A stretch of 64,000 bases of DNA from Tubiluchus corallicola (taxonomy: Eukaryota; Animalia; Priapulida). Position 1 is the stretch's first letter; each line of letters opens with the position of its first letter. This document shows, in pieces, positions 57,918 through 64,000 of the stretch. The position numbers were made by a program, and so were the translations under genes. Where the stretch lies: assembly GCA_030141605.1 (NCBI GenBank), contig JAQGDQ010000169.1, positions 62,001 through 126,000 on the forward strand, written 5' to 3'. The notes below the pieces were generated by a model that searched no databases, had not been told where the DNA came from, and worked only from the letters and a program-made list of their open reading frames with translations.

Positions 57918-59819
57918 GGAACAGCTACCAACGTCTGCCTTGTAGAACTGTCACTGCTATGTAATACCTGTACCCGGTAACTATTCTTCCAATTTTTCAA
58001 AACGGGCAAAAATTAAAAAAAAAAATTACTAAGTACAAAGAAAACTGTTTTAGCAGTTAAAAGCTAACTTCAAATGCTGTAAATGAAGGTGTTCAATAGA
58101 TGAAATCTTTTAGCACGAATAAGGCAGAAATCCATAATGCCTTTTGCGTGTCATTTTTGACGACTGCTTTTGTCTACACTACACTTAAAGTTTTATAAAG
58201 CATCGATAGCATAAGAGTTGTTTTATAAGGTGCATATCAATTGCAAATAAATTCTTGCACACTACCCACTTTTCAGCTACATAACCAATATAAAATTATT
58301 AATGACTACCTAGTATTCAGTAACTCACTATAGACACTACTGACTCATATTTTATTTTTTAATTTTTTTTTACGTTTATTATAATTGAACGTTTAATAAC
58401 TCTGTCTGTCACTTCATACTAACATGTTGCAATGAGTTAGGAAAAAATCCAGGAATAAGTCAGGAACACAAATTACTTTTTTTTACAAAAGTTATAGTGG
58501 GTTGGTTTTTTTCATGATTTACTTTGACTGTATTGTTTTAACAAATGGTAACAAAATCTGCTTTAATAATGAATGGCTGAACATATATTATAAGCGAAGC
58601 ACTTTTAACACGGAAACTGTAAAACATGTCAACGAAAATGCTAACTATTGCAAAGTTATTGCTAAAAAATTTCATACTGTAAACGGTTAAAATAATTAAA
58701 ATAACGTGTTTTATGTTCACATATTATTATTAAATTTAATAAAATTAGAAATTTTGTTGAATATTAAAGTTACGTTAAAAAATTATACTTAAACTAACTT
58801 GAACTTTCAATATGAATATCATTAATATTTTTTAACGTAATACTAAATTTTTTCTAGGTGCCAAAAATTACAAATCTAATTAACAAATAATGTTACAGTA
58901 ATAATAATTTCGTGTTGGTAGAGAGATTTTAAATATACATTTTCAACAGGCAGCGAAATTTTAGCAGCTACACTGCGCAAGATCAGAAACGTCAGAGAAT
59001 AATAGTTTGATAAAGCTGGGTACTTTCTGCGTCACAAAATTGACAAAGGTAAAAATCTTCACGATACAGGATTTGAGATGTGTATGGAGTTTTTGAGCAT
59101 AAAGACATTAGAAACTCGTATGTCATCTATTCTTCCTACACAGTTATACCCAAGTTAAAGTAACTTGTTATGCCGGTTATTTGAATAACATAAAATTTTT
59201 TACACTAAACTTGTTGAAAATTGAAACACATTATCGATAATAAGTATTGTACAGTTTTCATCGAAATCTCTAAAGACACACTTAGAACAGATTATATACA
59301 TTTGTTAGCTTCTGCAGAACATCATTGTAAAAAACTAACTTAAGATACGGGCAAACGTCATGAACAAAAAAGAGGAATACGGAAGAAAGAAAGAGACAAA
59401 GAAAGAAAAAAAGGAAAAAAGGGAGAACGAGAAAGAGAGAGAGAAGAGAGAGAGAGAGAGAACGACAAAAAGAAAGGACGAAGATGGAAAGCAGTGATAG
59501 TGCACTACTTTTTACTTGTACACTATGGCAATGTTGTGCGTTGAGTTGCAGTACAAAACAATTGAATAATGTTGTATGCTAAATAGGTCAAAATACATTT
59601 CATAAACGTACTTCATTTTTTAATTTTAAGCAAAGTGCTTTCGATGGCGTTGTACAGTAAAACATCATAGTTACAGGTGCACAATTAAAAAATATAACGC
59701 TAATAAACTCATTTAAAAATTTTGCACAAAACATACAAAATTAATCTCCTACAGGAAATAAATATAGTAAAACATAAGTTATTACTGAAGTCTACAACAG
59801 TTGGAATTTATTGTAATAA

Positions 59820-59970
59820 TTTTTAAAGAGCTGTGTCTTCAAATGTTTTTTAAATAGTATCACAGTTCAAATATTCTAATGTCGCGAGGCAAAGATTTCC
59901 AGTATTTCGGAGAAATAGAAGAAAATCCAATGTTTCCAAAAGTCTTTTTCCTATGAAAAGGTACCAAAAG
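59820..59970 (-). mobile_element. L2/CR1 LINE ORF2 C-terminal fragment
   Basis: Minus strand reads TFGNIGFSSISPKYWKSLPRDIR...(FKKHLKT), typical of the WNxLP..FKxxLK end. Confidence 0.6.
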
Positions 59971-60429
59971 TTATTATGGGAAGATGTACTTGCCCAGGAA
60001 ACGTCAAAAAAAAAGAAAAATAAAGAAGAGAAGAGGCAAAGAAACGCTGAAATAAAGAAATAAAAAATGTGCGTTGATCTCTGTCCATTATATCTTTTAG
60101 CGACCTCAAGAGGAATACTTTCTATTAGAAATTATGCCATCAAGTAAATCAAGCCTATTTGCCAGATAAATTACTGAATTCTTAAAATGGTAAATTAGAC
60201 GCGCCAGCTTATTATAGAAAATTATGGTGGGTTTGTTATTGATCGCAACTCTTTAGTTGCCTGTATTACGAACAAAACACATTTTCAGATTTCTTGAAGT
60301 ATTTCGTACGACATTTAATTAACTTAGTGTACCGAATTGCTGAATGATGTGATATTATCATCAATAATTTGTTGTTGTAAAGTTTTTTGTACGTAATGTA
60401 TATCAAGCATAATTGTGCTAGTTATATAC

Positions 60430-61164
60430 ATAAAATTATTTATATACATTTACATGCACAGTATTACAATAATTTATGACATAGAAGCGAGGAATATGGC
60501 AAACTCGCCTGAGAAGCATCAGATATTGTTTGAAACATATGAAATAGCAAGAAAGACAGCGTAACAGTGTCTTAGCAAAATATCTGAGGAACTTACCAGC
60601 GGTCAATGACAAAGTGTACTGTGCACAGCAACACAATCTACTAAAAGAGAAAGTTTTAAACAGAAGCTCTACAAAGAATTTAACCGAAAACCCCAAGCAT
60701 ACCAGAGAATACTATAGGAAAATGCCGCATAGCCATCTCTCGACTAAAAGGGTACAATCGCATCACTTAAGAATTGAGACCGGTAGATGGGAAGGTGGAG
60801 ATTGAAGCCACAGACTATGTACACATGGAGAGACACAAACATGTACTAAAGAACTACAACTTGACTAGTGAAATTAGAAGAAAATACACCAATATGAACC
60901 TTTCTGCACTGTCTACTATTATGGAGAGTAATCATGCATTTGAAACTTGCTTTCAACCGTTAGAAAGTTTTCAAAACTAAAAAGAGTAATTTTATTAATA
61001 TTTGTTGTTCTCTTAAGACATCAAACTACAATGTATAACCACTTTTTCTATTGCTGGTTAGTACAACTATTTCATTTTAAATACTAATGTGACACACTTG
61101 TGACTAATTCTTACGAAAAGAATAATGAACAGTAAATTTTATTGTATTTATAGTCCATAAACTA

Positions 61165-61253
<89 letters not shown>
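60430..61253 (+). mobile_element. RTE-X-like LINE 3' fragment, possibly ending in the (TAC)n tract
   Basis: SHHLRIETGRW motif (ORF 60614-60805), then a UTR-like stretch and (TAC)n at ~61165-61253. Confidence 0.55.
61165..61253. repeat. (TAC)n microsatellite
   Basis: About 30 perfect units. Confidence 0.95.
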
Positions 61254-62054
61254 TGGCTATATATTTTTGCTATATAGAATATATAAACATATAATTTTAT
61301 AAAAATGCTTTAAAATTAATGATTTATAAATACTGGGAACAGAAAATTTAAAACTAGAAGACAACTGTTAAGCGTCTGCATTGAGCCCTGTTATCTCCAA
61401 ATGATCAATGTTACAGACTTTGTCAGTACCGTTCTGGTACATACGCGTAGGTGCTCAGGATTATGACAACGTATTTTTCAGACGGTTTTGTATACCTGCC
61501 AAGCACGCACTTTACCATAGGTGAAAAGTCGTTTTTTTTCCAAATGCAGTTTTTAATAAAGAGCCCATAAATAGTGAAGAGTGTATATTTTACATTTATA
61601 TTGAGTCTGGACGCGTTGCCTTAATCTACATAATCATGTGGGCTAATTATGCATACGAGACAAAGTTGCATTTCGCGGAGGCATTCGTGTCCAGTGGCGT
61701 TGTCAGCATTATGATGGAGTGGTCAGTCGGTAGCCAGCCGTTTCCGTTCTCAGCTTATGAATAATAAACAACAGACGCAAGAAGTAGGGGAGGGGTAATT
61801 CAAAGTTTGACACCCGACAGGCATTTCATGCGTTTCAGCACTTTTGTAGTGTGAATGTTTCATAAACTAATGAATTTTCACAAAATACTAGTACCTCAAG
61901 TTTTCGACAACCCGAGCTGTTTACAGAAAATAGCGCTTTTAACGATTTTCAAGAGTCTTTCTCATAGAACGCTTATGTGATCGGCAAACGACGTTGCTTA
62001 TCTCCCCCACTATGGTAAATTCTCGACAGAACTCTCTTTCCTGTTAGTTCCATA

Positions 62055-62187
62055 AGTAGTGGACATTCGAGTAGTGGACATTTGGGCAGTAGACACTTGG
62101 GCAGTGGATAATTGGGTAGTGGAAAGTTGAGCCCGCACACACTTGAGCAGAGGAATTCGAACAGTGTACACTTGAGCAGCGCAATTT
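62055..62187. repeat. Array of ~9 degenerate 15-bp units (RGYAGTGGACAYTTG)
   Basis: Units start at 62055, 62070, 62085, 62100, 62115, 62130 and 62146, then decay. Confidence 0.8.
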
Positions 62188-62254
62188 AAACATTAAATAC
62201 TGTAATACAAATGCTACAGAAAAAATTCAATGGAGCACTACCTGGCTATTTTTT

Positions 62255-62612
62255 ACCTACTTACCAACCTACCTATCTAGATAGCTAACTACCAACTTGC
62301 CCACCTACCTCTACCTACCTACCTACTTACCTTCCTACCTACCTACCTACCTACCTACCTACCTACCTACCTGCCTACCTACCTACCTACCTACCTACCT
62401 ACTTACCTACCTACCTACCTACCTACCTACCTACCTACCTACCTACCTACCTACATAACTACCTGACTGACTGACTGACTGACTGACTGACTGACTGATT
62501 GACGGACGGACGGACGGACTCACTGACTGACTAACTAAATAACTAACCAGCAAACTAACTAACTAAATAACTACTAGTTGACTGACCGACTGACTAACTG
62601 ACCAACAAACTG
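62255..62612. repeat. Compound tetranucleotide microsatellite (CTAC)n-(CTGA)n-(CGGA)n-(CTAA)n
   Basis: Directly visible in the sequence. Confidence 0.95.
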
Positions 62613-63143
62613 CTTGTACGTTAATGGTTTTGTCAACCATTCGTTGCAAATTTTCTGTATTTTACATCAATTTTTCTAGATTTAAATGCTATTTTGTGAT
62701 CTTTTTCCAATGTTTGGAAAGTAGGCGCGTAAAATATCTGCAATGGCGTTTTGTGACGCAAGGTTAGGGAGTAACCGGTGTTGCCTCTCTTTATTATAGC
62801 CATGGATTTATGACGTCATTATCGTCTGTTGATAATGTTAAAGGTAATTGCTTGTACGAAATATAAAGACTTCGTCATTATCGTTATTTTTCTAATAATC
62901 ATTTTATGGACACGGAGTGTGGCTGGAGTACTGCAGCGGCACATATAAATTACTGTAGGTCTATAATAATAATAATGATGATGAAGACCTTGTTTATAGC
63001 ACAACAAGCGCAGGGGAGAAAAGGGAGAATTTGGGGAGATACTAAAAATTGTTTCATTTATTCCTTCCTAATGTTTATTAATGCAAGTGACGTTAACAAA
63101 AATCATACGGAAAGTCAATTAAGGTAAGAAACGCTCCTAAAAG

Positions 63144-63146
<3 letters not shown>

Positions 63147-63238
<92 letters not shown>
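63147..63238. repeat. (GA)n microsatellite
   Basis: Perfect GA run; produces the (SL)n ORFs. Confidence 0.95.
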
Positions 63239-63241
<3 letters not shown>

Positions 63242-64000
63242 CTATGATCAACCTTTCTTGCAGTGTCATTTTTTGTTGAAGTACCAAGTAATTGTGTTTC
63301 AGATTTATGTGCGTTCTCTTCGAATGTTACTTCATTGCTTCGAGTGAGAATGTTTGTATTTGTGGAAATATAATTAGTTTCTGAAGTTAACACCAACACT
63401 AGAAAAAGTTATGGGTTCCACGTAGAACAACCAGTAATGCCTTTGCTTTTTTAATCCACACAGACATTTCTAACGTGCATCTCAAACAAGATATAATTGG
63501 TTAAATGTGATTTTGCCCCACCATCGTTTGTAATTTATTCCAAATATCAGCATGTTAAAGACCAAGGGATCGACAAATTGATTAACTGGCCACGTGACTT
63601 TCACCGACATCGATATATCACTGTCCTTACCTGTGCCTGTATGTATCTGTATTACGTATTTGACCGAGCTTTGTTATTCATTGGAGCAAATAATAAACTG
63701 CTACCAAAGAATGATGTAGCAATTTGTGTGTGTATATGTGTATAATTATGAAATATATTCTACATGTGTAGAGCAGAGCATGATATCAGGCATAACTAAC
63801 AAGCTAAGTGTGCATGATTAACAATTTTGTTAGCTATGCCCTCTTGCACACGGCACCTGGATGGATGCCTTCAGGATTATTGGTAGGTACTCTTTTATGT
63901 TGATAAGAACAAACATTGTTATGTCATTGCTTTATTTTTATCTACTGGCTATGCCGTCCTCACTTGCTATGTATAATGGAAATGCTCAATAATTTATGCA

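Noticed and set aside
63093-63399. (SL)n ORFs
   Set aside because: Translation of the (GA)n microsatellite.

Overview
AT-rich, intron-containing metazoan DNA, probably an invertebrate (inference from gene structure, TTAGGG-type repeats and transposon content). Five protein-coding genes were assembled by hand, with GT-AG introns and consistent phase: RCAN/calcipressin (-, 4 coding exons, 219 aa), a single-coding-exon six-finger C2H2 zinc-finger gene (-, ~193 aa), IDH3B (+, 8 exons, 378 aa), SFXN2-type sideroflexin (-, 10 exons, 329 aa) and BDH2/DHRS6 (-, 8 exons, 245 aa). The remainder is rich in transposons. It includes a ~10 kb nested retroelement stack (a Gypsy-like LTR element inside one LINE, an L2/CR1 LINE inside another), CR1/L2/RTE-X fragments, a Kolobok-like element with a THAP relic, pogo/Tigger, hAT, Harbinger-like and Mutator/foldback-like MITEs, and microsatellites. 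The most interesting unexplained signal is a ~250-bp non-coding block present twice (~10.5-10.8 kb and ~27.05-27.3 kb). Each copy sits at the presumed 5' end of a minus-strand gene and next to a copy of the same LINE ORF1. Also notable are the alternating TSGN/QSSS recognition helices of the zinc-finger protein and a LINE ORF1 with PHD, coiled-coil and CCCH fingers. No CRISPR array, rRNA or tRNA gene was seen, and nothing here is a demonstrated new system. All family assignments come from motif recognition, not database searches.
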